The position numbers and the translations under genes are program-made. 64,000 nucleotides of DNA from contig NC_043021.1 of assembly GCF_006345805.1 (NCBI RefSeq), positions 15,500,001 to 15,564,000 of the forward strand, in the 5' to 3' direction. Positions 50,752-63,129 of the stretch are shown here, in pieces; positions within the stretch are counted from its first letter, which is position 1, and every line of letters begins with the position of its first letter. Source of the DNA: Octopus sinensis. Lineage: Eukaryota. The notes beneath the pieces were generated by a model. It was not told the origin of the DNA. It worked only from the letters and a program-made list of their open reading frames with translations, and did not search any database.

Positions 50752-51915
50752 TAAGCCTAGTACTTATTCTATCGGTCTCTTTTGGCTGAACCACTAAGTT
50801 ACAGAATGTAAACACACCAGCACTAGTTGTCAAGCGGTGTTGGGGGCACAAACACTAGACACAAAGACACATACTCACATAGATGTATGTATATATATAT
50901 GTATGTGCAATGGGCTTCTTTCAGTTTCCATGTACCAAATCCACTCACAAAGCTTTGGTTGGCCCAAGGCTATAGTAGATGACACTTGCCCAAGGTGCCA
51001 CACAGTGAGACTGAACCTGGAACTATGTGGTTAGGAACCAAGCTTCTTACCACACACACACCACACACACACACACACATATATATATCGTTTTCCATGT
51101 GTGTGCAGTCAGATGTATGACTGCTACTGGTAAATATACAACAGGTGTTCTCAACCATTCTTTATCTGTGGACCCTTTTCATTACTATTCTATTCTGGTG
51201 GACCCTTTTAGCCACTTTGTGTTTAAAAACTAGTTTTATAGCAACTGCTATTCCACCCAGCTACTGAGACTAAATTACCAAAGGTAATTTGCAGTGAGCT
51301 GGCAGAATCATTAGCATGCCAAGCAAAATGCTTAGCAGTGTTTCATCTGCCGTTACGTTTTGAGTTCAAATTCCGCTGAGGTTGACTGCTTTTCATCCTT
51401 TCTGGGTCGATAGATTAAGTACGAGTTACGCTGTGGGAGAGATGTAATTGACTTAATCCCTTTGTCTGTCCTTGTTTGTCCCCTCTATGTTTAGCCCCCT
51501 GTGGTCAGTAAACAAATGAATTATTAATGCAAACATAGAGGTAGCAAGCTGGCAGAATCTTTACCTCATCAGACAAAATACTTTACAGTATTTCTTTTGA
51601 TTCATTATGTTCTGAGTTCAAATTCTGCTGAGGTTGACATAGCCTTTCATCCTTGGTTAAAGGAAGTACCAGTCAAGTAGTGTAATAAGCTTTACCCCTC
51701 CCCTCAAAATTGCTGCCCTGGTGCCAATTATAGAAAGAATTATTTGTGCAGTCATGGATGGTTTAGAAGTTTGTCTTGTGGCCATATAGTTTCTCATTCA
51801 GTCCCACTGCATGGTACCTTGGGCAAGTATTTTCTACTATATTTCCAAACCAACCAATGCCTTGAGAGTAAATTTCTGGAGATGGAAACTAAACTTGCTA
51901 AATGCACGTACTTGT

Positions 51916-51977
<62 letters not shown>

Positions 51978-52185
51978 GTGCGTGTGCGTGCTTTTATGTT
52001 TGCAACCCTCACCACTTGACAACCAGTGTTTGTTGGTTTACATCCCTTTGTCGTATCAGTTCTGCAAAAACCTAAGTACCACACCTAAATTAAGTACTGT
52101 GACTGATTTGTTTGACTAAATCCTGCAAGGCAGTGCTACAGCATGGCCACTATCCAATGACTGAAACAAGCAAAAGAGTAAAAGA
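50752..52185. mobile_element. Cluster: family A (-, 50752-51053), hAT MITE left end (~51146-51240), family C x2 (+, 51290-51740), family A (+, 51745-52185)
   Basis: Similarity to other copies. Confidence 0.75.
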
Positions 52186-52808
52186 ACGGGAAGAACAAAC
52201 ATGGTATAAAAAAAAATTTTAATGTTAAGAAGAAGAAAACTGCAGCAGAGATGTGTGATAGGGTGTCAGGCATTGCATGCTGACCATCATATAACTTGTT
52301 GAACATATGCATTGCATTTTTGTTCTTCTCTTCCGTTTTACAAATTCAGTGTGCATCGTGCATTGAATGTCCATTCTCCTTTTTCCGGTTCCTACTCAAA
52401 ACTGTTTACAGATCACAACCATCTCATAAACCTGCGTTCATGAGGAACACTTTGCGCTCCGATGGTTGTGAGATAAGAAAGAACTGTGGAATGTTGGGAC
52501 ATGGTGCCATCCATTGGCCAGGAACTTCTGCCAGTTGCAAATGGAAATCAGAGACTGTGGAACGTTCTTTGTCAGTACACTTGACCAAGATAGAGGTGGT
52601 GGTGGTGGTGGTGGTGGTGGTTTTGGTAGTGGGTCCACTTAAGGCCTTCCCCTCCAAACTGGAAGGGAGTAGGTGTAATAACAAAGTCTTGTGATGAAAA
52701 GGAATTCAGAGTAATTGGTTTGAATAAGAAGAAACAAGTATTTCTCTGTTTTGTTTTGTTTTGTTTTTTGTTATATTTTTCTTGACAGTCAATCATTAAA
52801 TAGATTCA

Positions 52809-52859
<51 letters not shown>

Positions 52860-52954
52860 CGGGAAAGTTTACGAAAAAAACAAAAGACGAAGGCAGGTGG
52901 AGTACAAACAAACAAATGTATTAGTATAGCGCTCAGGAATAGAAATAGAAAAAG

Positions 52955-52992
52955 TCTTTTACGTTTCGAGCCTACGCTCTTTGACAGAAAGA
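52955..52992 (-). ncRNA. Hammerhead, family P4, within cassette about 52858-53020
   Basis: TCTTT CTGTCAA A GAGC GTAG GCTC GAAAC GT A AAAGA; abuts (TA)n. Confidence 0.65.
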
Positions 52993-54239
52993 TACAGAGA
53001 AAAAAAAAAGGAGAGAAACATATATATATATATGTATGTATGTATGTATACACATTAAGAAATGTATAGTAAATGCAAAGACAATTTGGAAAGCAGATAC
53101 AAAAAGTCCCCATCTCCTCATCAATTATCAGCCAGTGGGTCAAATGCAATTTTGTGCCTTTAACGATTGTGGGGTGTGTGGTTGTGTATGCTTGTATTTG
53201 TGGGTATGTGTGAGAGATCAATCTTTGTATGTCTATTAATGTGTGTGTGTGTGTGCCTGCACATGTGTACATCAGTGTGTACACATGCTTATAGCAATGT
53301 GCACGTGTGTGTATGTGCATATGAATGTGTGTTTATGTGTAGATTTTTGTGTGTTCATGTGCATATCAACGTGTGTTTATTGGTGTGTATACCATGTACA
53401 TGTGTTCATGTGTGTGTGTTTAGTCATTGTTCCTACAAGTGTCACTCTTTTAACATGTTACTCATTTTTATTCTCGTTATTTCATTTCATTTGTAAATTT
53501 AATTAATATTTTTCTCTTTTTTTCACTACTTTTTGATTTCTTTTGGTCCATTTTTTTCTTTCTTTTTTTTTAGTTTTGTACTTCATTATTGTCCAATGTG
53601 CTACCAATTCATTCAGTTTTCTCTCTCTCTCTCTCTCTTCATTCCTCTGTCTACCTGTCTGTCTCTCCCACACTCTTTCACTCTCTCTTCTTCCCTTTTG
53701 CTCTTTCTCTGGCTTTCACAATAACTCTCTCTCTCTCTCTTGTATGGATTAAATCTATTTAAAACAAATGAAACATCAAGGCTATTAACATTGAGTAGGT
53801 TTACAGTAAGGGAGAGAAGTCAGGAAGAATTACAACAGCAGCTGTAGTAGTAATAGCAGCAGCAGTACTTCATACACCCACCCTTCCAGCTCACCACTGT
53901 GGTGTTATGAAAACAACTTAAATATAATTATATATTTTATTCAATGTATTTCCTTACACATATATATATCATTGCTATTATGTTAAACGGTTGTATGTCC
54001 AAATTTGGCCAAATACATTTGATTTCACTATTTACTTTTGCTTGTAATAGCCAGTTCTTTTGATCAAACTGTTGTATCTCCAGCTGCTTTCAGATGCCAA
54101 AATATCAAAAATTGTCGAAGTGTAGTACAACAGTTTTACTATGGAACGGTGAACTTTTTTGCATAAAAGCAATGACATATGTATATATAAATGTATGTAT
54201 CTATGTATATATATAAATGTATGTATCTATGTATATATA

Positions 54240-54313
54240 TACGGCCATATCACATTGAAAACACCGGTTCTCACCCAATCACCGAAGTTAAGCAATGTCG
54301 AGCCTAGTTAGTA
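54240..54313 (+). pseudogene. 5S rRNA: Partial 5S rRNA pseudogene (5' ~75 nt) created by tandem duplication
   Basis: TACGGCCATATCACATTGAAAACACCGGTTCTC...GAAGTTAAGCAATGTCGAGCCTAGTTAGTA. Confidence 0.9.
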
Positions 54314-54367
54314 TATAAATGTATGTATCTATGTATATATATAAATGTATGTATCTATGTATATATA

Positions 54368-54489
54368 TACGGCCATATCACATTGAAAACACCGGTTCTC
54401 ACCCAATCACCGAAGTTAAGCAATGTTGAGCCTTGTTAGTACTGAGACAGGTGACCGCTTGGGAAACCTAGGTGTTATAAACATCTTTT
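54368..54489 (+). pseudogene. 5S rRNA: Near full-length 5S rRNA pseudogene
   Basis: Matches invertebrate 5S from about nt 4 to the T-run; box A AGTTAAGCAA intact, box C damaged, several CpG transitions. Confidence 0.92.
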
Positions 54490-55543
54490 ATTCCTATATG
54501 TGAATGTGCATGGCTCAGTGGTTAGAGTGTCAGGTTCACAAGCATGAGGTAGTGAGTTTGATTCTTAGAGCAGGCTGCGTGTTGTGTTCTTGAGCAAAGC
54601 ACTTTATTTCACATTGCTCCAGTTCTCTCAGCTGTGGAAATGAGTTGCAACATCACTGGTGCCAAGTTCTATTGCCTTCACCATTGCCAACAGAAGTGGT
54701 GTGGAGAGGGGGCGGCTGGTATGCATGGGAGACTGTTGGTCTTCCACAAACAACCTGGCCTAGACTTGTTCCTCGGAAGGGAACTTTCTAGGGGCAGTCT
54801 CATGATCATTCTTAACCGAAGGGGGTCTTTGCCCCTTATATACATACACACATATATGACATCACTTTAAGTATCATTGTTCTAGCATCCACTTATCCAT
54901 GGATTGGATGGAATATGTTGAAGCAAATTTTCTATGGCTGGATGCCCTTCCCATTGCCAACTCTCAGTTGTTTTCAAATAATGTACTTCCCCAGACCAGA
55001 CTTGTTTTCATTGAATATTGGAAGCAAAGGACTCCACTTATGTGACGGTGACACTTGCATGATGCGAAGGCAAGGAGTCATAACACACATGCGCTGACAC
55101 CTACATACACACATACATACATATATAATTTATTTTATGTTTCTTAATAACTACTTGTATCTTATCTTATATGCATAGAATAATATACTATATGTATGTT
55201 AGTATGGTTATCATTTTGATAAATAAATAAGTCAACATTTTAATGTCCTAAAGTTGATGAACCAACTAATGTGCTTCACCATTTTCTTATTTACAATATA
55301 AATTAATGGTAAAATATTTCTTTACCTTCACCCATTTAATACAATAAGTTAATTGTTTTGCAATTAAAAACACTTGTGTATTAATAATTGGGTATTATAC
55401 CAACAGTATATTGGATAAACATTATCCCTTTGTGGTTTGTACCCACAACCCCTAACTTTCTTTATATATATTCAAAATGTGACCGTGTGTGTACTGTTGG
55501 TGATTTTTTTCCTGTCTTCCCTTCTCTGGATCTCTCCTTCTAT

Positions 55544-55578
55544 GTTTCCGACGAAGAGCTCCGCTCGAAACGTTAAAC
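55544..55578 (+). ncRNA. Minimal hammerhead, family P1, within cassette about 55480-55670
   Basis: GTTT CCGACGA A GAGC TCC GCTC GAAAC GT T AAAC: stems I-III intact, U4->C core variant. Confidence 0.72.
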
Positions 55579-55663
55579 CCTCCTTTCCTGAGCGTCCAAT
55601 AATACTATATTTGTTCCATGTCCTTGCGTTGTTGTGTTTTTTTGTGCTTTCTTGTTTGGATTA

Positions 55664-55699
<36 letters not shown>

Positions 55700-56048
55700 G
55701 CTTCTTTCAGTTTCTGTTAGCCAAATCCATTCACAAGGCTTTGGTTAGCATGGGGCTATAGAATTGCTCAAGGTTCCACACAGTGGGATTGAACTAGGAA
55801 CTATGCGGTTGGAAAGCAAACCTCTTAGCACACAGCCACGCCTGCACCTATCACAACCATACTTAAGTCTGTGTGTGTTTATATATATACACATTTAATC
55901 CATAATCATTAGTTTGAAAAAACATTTTGCCAAATTAATGATTATGGATTAAATATTTATTGACTCTTTGAGTTCTTTATTCAAAATGAACAGACATAAC
56001 TTCTTTGAAATTGCCCCCCACCACCTCCTGGAACAGTATATATCTATA

Positions 56049-56083
<35 letters not shown>

Positions 56084-56453
56084 ATATATATATATATATA
56101 TATATATAGATAGATATAGATATATGTAAATGGTTGTTTTTATGTATGGTTGTATGTAAAAAACAAGTCTGACATTAAACTGAAGGAGCATTCGGTACCT
56201 TTCAATTGGGTAACATATTTATTTTCATTTTTATGAGGAAAAGGTTGACAGTTACTTTGAAGTTTTTAAAATTTGAGCTTGAAAGCCATCATCAGACTGC
56301 AAATTAAATTGTTTTCCCCGCAAGCTTTATATACGTGTGCGTGTGTGTGCACGGGCATATGTATATGCACACGCACACACACACATATTCAATACTAAAC
56401 TTAAGAAATAACATTTTGTTACATATGTTTACTTCCATCATATATTTATATAT

Positions 56454-56597
56454 GGCGCAGGAGTGGCTGCGTGGTAAGTAGCTTGCTAACCAACCACATG
56501 GTTCCGGGTTCAGTCCCACTGCGTGGCATCTTGGGCAAGTGTCTTCTGCTATAGCCCCGGGCCGACCAATGCCAGAAACTGAAAGAAGCCTGTCGTA

Positions 56598-56644
<47 letters not shown>

Positions 56645-57300
56645 CTGTGTTTGTCCCCCTAGCATTGCTTGACAACCGATGCTGGTGTGTTTATGTCCCC
56701 GTCACTTAGCGGTTCGGCAAAATAGACCGATAGAATAAGTACTGGGCTTACAAAGAATGTCCCGGGGTCGAGTTGCTCGACTAAAGGTGGTGCTCCAGCA
56801 TGGTCGCAGTCGAATGACTGAAACAAGTAAAAGAGTAAAGAGTATATATATAATATCATACATAGCAATGTATTTTATAATGTGTGTGTGTGTGTGCTAG
56901 TGTAGCTGTGTGTGTGTGCTGGTGTGGCTGTGTGGTAAGAGGCAACCATCTTACCACACAGTTCTGGTTCCGATTTCAATCCTTGTGCATGGCACCTCTG
57001 GCAAGTGTCTTTTCTATAGCCCTTGGACCAACCAAAGCCTTGTGGGTGGATTTGGTAGGCAGAAACTGAAGGAGCCCATTGTGTGTTTGTTGTTTGTTTC
57101 CCACCACCTCATGACAACTGGCGTTGGCTTGCTTATGTTCCTGTAACTTAGCTGATCATCCAAAGAGACCCATAGAATAAGTTCCAGGTTTTAAAAAGTA
57201 AATGTATTGGGGTTCAGTTAGTTTGATGCAACCCTTCAGTGTGTGTTGCCCCAGCATGGTCTCTGTCCAATGACTGAAACAAATAAAAGATAAAAGATAA
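56454..57300 (+). mobile_element. Two family A copies (56454-56842 young; 56920-57300 diverged)
   Basis: Similarity to other copies. Confidence 0.85.
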
Positions 57301-57619
57301 GTATATTGACCTTTTTCTGGAGGCAATTCTGTGAAATGCTAATCAACCCACAACTGGGGGCCCTGACAAGTGCTTGTACTCTTGACCAGAGTTAGCAGTA
57401 AGAACACCCATAAAACATATTCCTTCAAATACTTGCAGGGTACTCTCGACAAAATTGATAGCTCCTGTTACCTAGGTAACCAGATTAGTAGTGGAGAAGG
57501 ATTTTCTGAAGCAATGGCAACAAAGGGTTTCTCTCTTTGAATGAAGGGCAGATTGTGTGATGTTATGTGATAGCTAAACGTAAGGCATTGAATGTGAAGG
57601 ACTTGTGAAGGGCTGGAAG

Positions 57620-57905
57620 GAAATGAGAGAAAAACAGGGTGTGATAAGGCAAGTGATATGCAAGAGACATGTTATGTGTATGGAGGTGGAGGAGGATGGG
57701 AAGCCAAGTGCCAGGCTATGGTAGTGGAGGGAGACCTGTTGAAGGGGGAGCCTTGAGAAGACATGGTGCAGGGGTGGTGAAGGCTGGCTAATGGGGATGA
57801 GGATAACAAGCTGGGAGACAATTTGCTGGGCAAGAGCCATCCAAGCCATGCAGGCATGGAAAGACATGTGTATGATGGTGATGATGATGATGACGATGAT
57901 TATGA
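57620..57905 (+). pseudogene. Decayed 3' end of an RTE-clade LINE
   Basis: Frameshifted HVMCME...KCQAMVVEG...KTW motif resembling RTE GHVxRM...VEGxxxRGRPxKTW; ends CCAAGCCATGCAGGCATGGAAAG...(GAT)n. Confidence 0.6.
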
Positions 57906-58094
57906 TGATGACTATTTACTTTGGAGTGTTAGCCTATACCAGTTGGATAGATGTTTGTTGAATCAATAGTTTGATAATGTAGACAGGGCTGTGTACAGTT
58001 GGGTTTGTCGGTTGGTCGGTCGTCTCGTGTAACACTAACAAACAGACACACACACTCACACACACATTCACACACACACACACACTCACACACA

Positions 58095-58131
<37 letters not shown>

Positions 58132-58948
58132 ACACCTCACCCGTACTAAATGGTAACTGGACCGATATATCAAGAGTCCACCAGGATAGAATGTGATGAT
58201 GGAGGCGGGTCGTGGGGGCGGGCAGGGATGGACTGCGGTGGGGGAAGATGGGGGTGGAGTGTGGTTTAGTGTGTGTGGTGTTTTTTGTTTATTTATCGGA
58301 AGTAAATAAATGATGAACACTCATACGCAAACATACACACCCACATACACTCTCCCGCGCACACACATCCAGATACAGACTCCTAACATTCGCACATACA
58401 TTCCTACAATATAGTCACATGCTCTTATACACCTACAAACACATACACGCGCTCACACACACACACATACACACCTAGAAACGATCACACACCTAAAAAC
58501 AAAAACTCTCAGATACAGATAAAGTCTCCTTCGCTCACATGTGCACACACACACACACACACACACCACACACACATGATCCCACACATGCAAACTTGAA
58601 AGCTCACTCATACATAGACATGCTACTGCATACACACATAGATATATACATGTGTACAACCATGCATACATACACATATGCTTGCATGCACACACTCACA
58701 CAGACTGACAGAGGGATATGCACACCAATACATATCTCCCATATGTGCAGATATACTTTAACAACTGCAAACAATGTTATCATGGTTACTTAACACCACA
58801 ACACTTGTTGGAATGTTGTAGGAGGAAATTTAAAATCGCTCTTTTTTTTATTCTAAAGAAGAAAAAAAATAACAAAGACAATTTTTTTTTATTTCTTTGT
58901 CTTTTTTAATTTTATTAATTAATGAAGTATTTACCAATTTTATATAAC

Positions 58949-59200
58949 ATGGCGGCGAGCTGGCAGGAATGGCAGCGAGCTGGCAGAATCGTTAGCACAC
59001 CGGGCGAAATACCTATTGGTATTTCGTCTGCCGTTACGTTCTGAGTTCAAATTCCGCCGAGGTTAACTTTGCCTTTCATCTTTTTGGGGTCGGTTTAAAT
59101 AAGTTCCAGTTACGCACTGGGGTTGATGTATTCGACTTAAACCCTTTGTCTGTCCTTGTTCGTCCCCTCTATGTTTAGCCCCTATGGGCAATAAAGAAAT
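58949..59200 (+). mobile_element. SINE family C, young full-length copy
   Basis: GGCGGCGAGCTGGCAG head to CAATAAAGAAAT tail. Confidence 0.9.
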
Positions 59201-59202
59201 AT

Positions 59203-59515
59203 ATCACCATGATCACGGTGACCGACCAGGCTATCAGATGTTGCTACACATCGCTGGTCACAATGTGCTTCGCATTGTTTTAGCCTTCAAATGATGCCAC
59301 CCTGCTGGCTAAGCGAGCAGGCCAACAGAAGAAAGAGTGGGAGAAAGAGTGGCGAAAGAGTACAGCAGGGACCGCCACCACCCACTGCCGGAGCCTCGTG
59401 GAGCTTTAGGTGTTTTCGCTCAATAAACACTCACAACGCCCGGCCTGGGAATCGAAACCGCGATCCTATGACCACGAGTCCGCTGCCCTAACCACTGGGC
59501 CATTGTGCCTCCACA
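59203..59515 (-). mobile_element. SINE family G, tRNA-derived, single young copy
   Basis: Minus TGGCCCAGTGGTTAGGG A box, GGTTTCGATTCCC B box; CpG-rich. Confidence 0.8.
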
Positions 59516-60329
59516 TAAAGAAATATATATAACAGTTAATGTATTAAACATTGACGTGAAAGCCTCTACGTGTTTCCTTGTCTTGCTAGAAATAGCAGTC
59601 CCTCATAATCACAGCCCACCTTACAAACTATTATCAGACACAGTGTATCTAGGACTACACTGCATAATATAATTCTAGATAAAACTATGTTTGAAAATAA
59701 AATGGATGGTCACAGTTGGGTCACCTTTAATCATAGATCTGCTGAATAAGAGCCTACCAGATGCTAAACAACAGTAACAACATGATTTGGTATACTACTG
59801 TTGTTTAGCCCAGGGTCAGCTCTCATCAGATGGATCTATGATCACAGGCATTCCATCTGTTTTTCATATGTAGGTTGTATTTTGAGGAGTATTTGGCACC
59901 TGTTCCTAGCATGAAAATGATATCCTCATTAATTTAACAGGTTGTGCTTGAAGATAAAGATGAGGATGTAGATACAGAGATGCTGTTCTACAATAAATTT
60001 ATGGCAAGAATGGCCTAACCTTAAGTACAAATCTACAAGCCTGTGAATGACAACTAGAGGAGGATATTTGCCCTCGATGGTCAGAGTAACCCTGAGTCTA
60101 TGGGGTACGGCTCCCATACTAGGGACCTCTCTTTGTTGTATTTATTTCACATTATTTTGTCTTATTTACTCATTTTTGTGTGCCTCATCACTGTTTTCTC
60201 CTCTGTCTCGTACACATATTCCTTGTGTTTTGGTCTTGATGACAAATAAAGAAGGCACTTAGCAGAATTCTGAGAACATATGAAAAATTACTGGTGGTAT
60301 TTATTTCAGTTTTTTTTATGTTCTGTGTT

Positions 60330-60860
60330 CAGCACAAATGTTGGGCCTCATGAAGTTCCTTTCGAGTGTTGGGCCTCACAAAGGCAAAGTGGCTGAGTTC
60401 CTTTCGAGTGTTGGGCCTCACAGAGACAATGACTGAGACCTTTGGCATTATGTCATGCTTGAGAAGAAGGCCCATCAAACCGTGCAAAATCACAGTTGTG
60501 GCAGATACTGGTATCATGCAAATGGCACCCATGCCAGTGGCACATAAAAGCACCCATTACACTCCTGGAGTCGTTGGCATTAGGAAGGACATCCAGCTGT
60601 AGAAAACCATGTCAAATCAGACTGGAATCTGGTGCAGCCTTCCAGTGTACTAGCCCAGTCAAGCCATCCAACCCATGCCAGCATGGACAACGGATGTTAA
60701 ATGATGATGATGATGTGTTCAACACAAACTACCATAGTTGATTTTGCCCTTCATCTTTCGGAGTCAATAAAATCAGTACCAATTGAATACTGGTGAATGT
60801 AACCGACTTCACCCCTGCTCACAAAATTTCAGGCCTTGTGCCTATAGTAGAAAGGATTAT
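60330..60860 (+). mobile_element. Family D long variant with 44-bp 5' tandem (60330-60716) plus family C 3' half
   Basis: GAGTTCCTTTCGAGTGTTGGGCCTCAC repeated; D tail (GAT)n. Confidence 0.75.
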
Positions 60861-60899
60861 TATTATAATTATTAAAGGTATTATAAAAGGAGAAAGGGG

Positions 60900-61150
60900 C
60901 TCTCTACCCCCCTTTTGACCAGGCTCCCGTGGCTTTTATGGGTTTTTCCACGTGAGACCTTTTCTTTTTTTGAAGCGTCTCCTCTATTGGGAGTTTTGTA
61001 AATTGTTGAATTTTTTTGTTGTTGTAAAGCTTGTTTACACGGACTTTTTTCATTCGAAAAACAGACAAAACCTTTTGTAACCTTTCGTCCTGTTTTGTCC
61101 CTTTATGTTTTCCAATCATATTTGTCAGCCCTTGTGGCCAATAAAAAGAA
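60900..61150 (+). mobile_element. Probable LINE 3' UTR fragment whose tail resembles the SINE C tail
   Basis: GTCCTGTTTTGTCCCTTTATGTTT...AGCCCTTGTGGCCAATAAAAAGAA. Confidence 0.45.
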
Positions 61151-61893
61151 TTAATTATTATTATTATTATTATTATTATTGAGGCAGTGGAGGACAATCA
61201 GTAAAGCACTGATCGAAGCACCCTTGTGCTGTTTTGCGTGATCTGTTTTTTTCTGTTTTGTGTTCAAGTTCTGCCAAAGTTGGCTTGCCTTTCACCTCTG
61301 CGAGGGTCAATGGAAAACGTACCATCAAGTTCTGGGACCAATTAAATCAACCTGTGCCCCACCCCAACCAACATACATGTCTGCTGCCTCTGTTTGAAAT
61401 TATTACTATCATCATTACCTTTCTTGTCAACAAATCACCATCGTCATCTCATAACAATGACGTGTTTCGTCAACAGCATCATTATCATCATTATCATCAT
61501 CATCACTATTCTTATCTTTTATTTTCTCTCTCTTTTTTTTTTTTTTCAAGTTATTTCAGACCCATTTAATTGTGTGTAAACCCTCATGACCTCAGCATGC
61601 TGTGTGTGTGTGTACATGTGTGCATGCTGTGTGTGCATGTGTGCATGTGTGCAACTGCCTGAATGTTTCTGTGTAAGTGTATGCATACGCCTGCACGTGT
61701 TTACATGTGATTTTATGAATGTGTGTGTGTGTGTGTGTTTCAGGTTACGGATGTGCAGGAATGTGTGTGTATGTGTGCAGATTCAAACTCTAATGAATCT
61801 GTTTGCAACTACAGCAAACAGTTACTCTGTGTGTGTGTACACATTCATATATATATAATCTTTCTCTCTCACTCTCTCTCTCTCCCTCTCTCT

Positions 61894-61926
<33 letters not shown>

Positions 61927-62071
61927 CATGTGTATATATTTAAATATATATATGATATTACTTAATTGGTTAGCAATAACGATTGATAATGATAACAGTG
62001 ATGTCACTAGTAGTGGGGAGGGGGTAGTTAAATTGTAACTGAGATGGAGGTGTCAAACCATACATCTTCAA

Positions 62072-62105
<34 letters not shown>

Positions 62106-62106
<1 letters not shown>

Positions 62107-62392
62107 TTGCTTTGACTCAGGTTTGGTCTTATTCATGGTAGGATTTATGTGGGTAGCGGTATCATCTGTAACCTTAGATATCCACAAGTTTTCTATAGTC
62201 TTTCAAGTGCTTGGAACCCTCCTGATAATCCTTGCTGTCCCAAAGACACTAACTTTCTGTAGGAGCTCTACTGGGCATTCTATTCCAGTCTTCTTCAGCC
62301 ATCTGTCTATATCTTTGCTTACTGTTCTCAATGCACCACTTATTGTAGGCAGCTCTCGTACTCCAAATTCTTCTTATTTCAAATTTTAAGAG
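62106..62392 (-). mobile_element. 5'-truncated R4/Dong-type (RLE) non-LTR retrotransposon end in (TAA)n
   Basis: Minus 62392-62203: LKFEIRRIWSTR/frameshift/ISGALRTVSKDIDRWLKKTGIECPVELLQKVSVFGTARIIRRV*; 3' end runs into (TAA)n. Confidence 0.8.
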
Positions 62393-62550
62393 ATTGTATA
62401 TATATATATATTATATATATATATATATATATTTTTTTTTTTCTACTTTCTATACAATCCTGGAATCAAACGGCCATGGTGGTTTGATAAGTAAGCACCT
62501 TGGCTTTATCTTATCTATCATTGTTATGTCCAGTCTATTATCGTCTAACT

Positions 62551-62596
<46 letters not shown>

Positions 62597-63129
62597 CACA
62601 CGTGTGTATGTACATATATATCCACGAGTACATACATATGTATATATCATGTATATGCATACACACGCACATACATGCAAACATATGTATATATGCACAC
62701 ACACACACACACCACACACACACATATAATAAGCTGTATGTTCTAAACAATAATCTGTTGGTAGCAGTCGTCCGTTTCTTATATCTTCGTGTGAGAGGTT
62801 AGCATGTGTTGGGCAGCTGATCTTGACAACACTGCTGAGGTTTAATGCTGTCCTTTCTCCACCCATACCTGGAGGACAAACATCAGCTCCATTATGTGTG
62901 TGCAGACGATATTTTCATTGGAATGCTTTACCAACAATATTTCTAAATTGTTGGATACATTCAGTTGTAGCCATGGTAACGTCAGATATTAATTATTCCA
63001 CAAGGGCAATTATTGCGACAGATGGTTTCATACATACATGATTATATATGTACAGACACACAACCACACACATAAATACAAATACAGTGTTGCTTTTCCA
63101 TCATTTCTCATAGAAACATGCTATCTCAC

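Noticed and set aside
54368-54838. 5S head fused to the downstream SINE (SINE3-like chimera)
   Set aside because: The 5S ends in its own T-run, and the same SINE occurs at 43490 with its own tRNA head and no 5S
15-56868. Recurrent ORFs MSSNARxTNTDT...CPRCHAVGLNPEPCGW and MLAWVGxFDRG...
   Set aside because: They recur because they are reading frames through SINE families A and D, not a gene family
121-59515. Functional tRNA genes
   Set aside because: All A/B-box hits are SINE heads followed by non-tRNA bodies; no complete cloverleaf was seen
2607-62866. Many 60-236 aa ORFs rich in IY, CV, TH, LS or N
   Set aside because: They are translations of (TA)n, (TG)n, (CA)n, (CT)n, (TCTA)n and (AAT)n microsatellites; no coding signature
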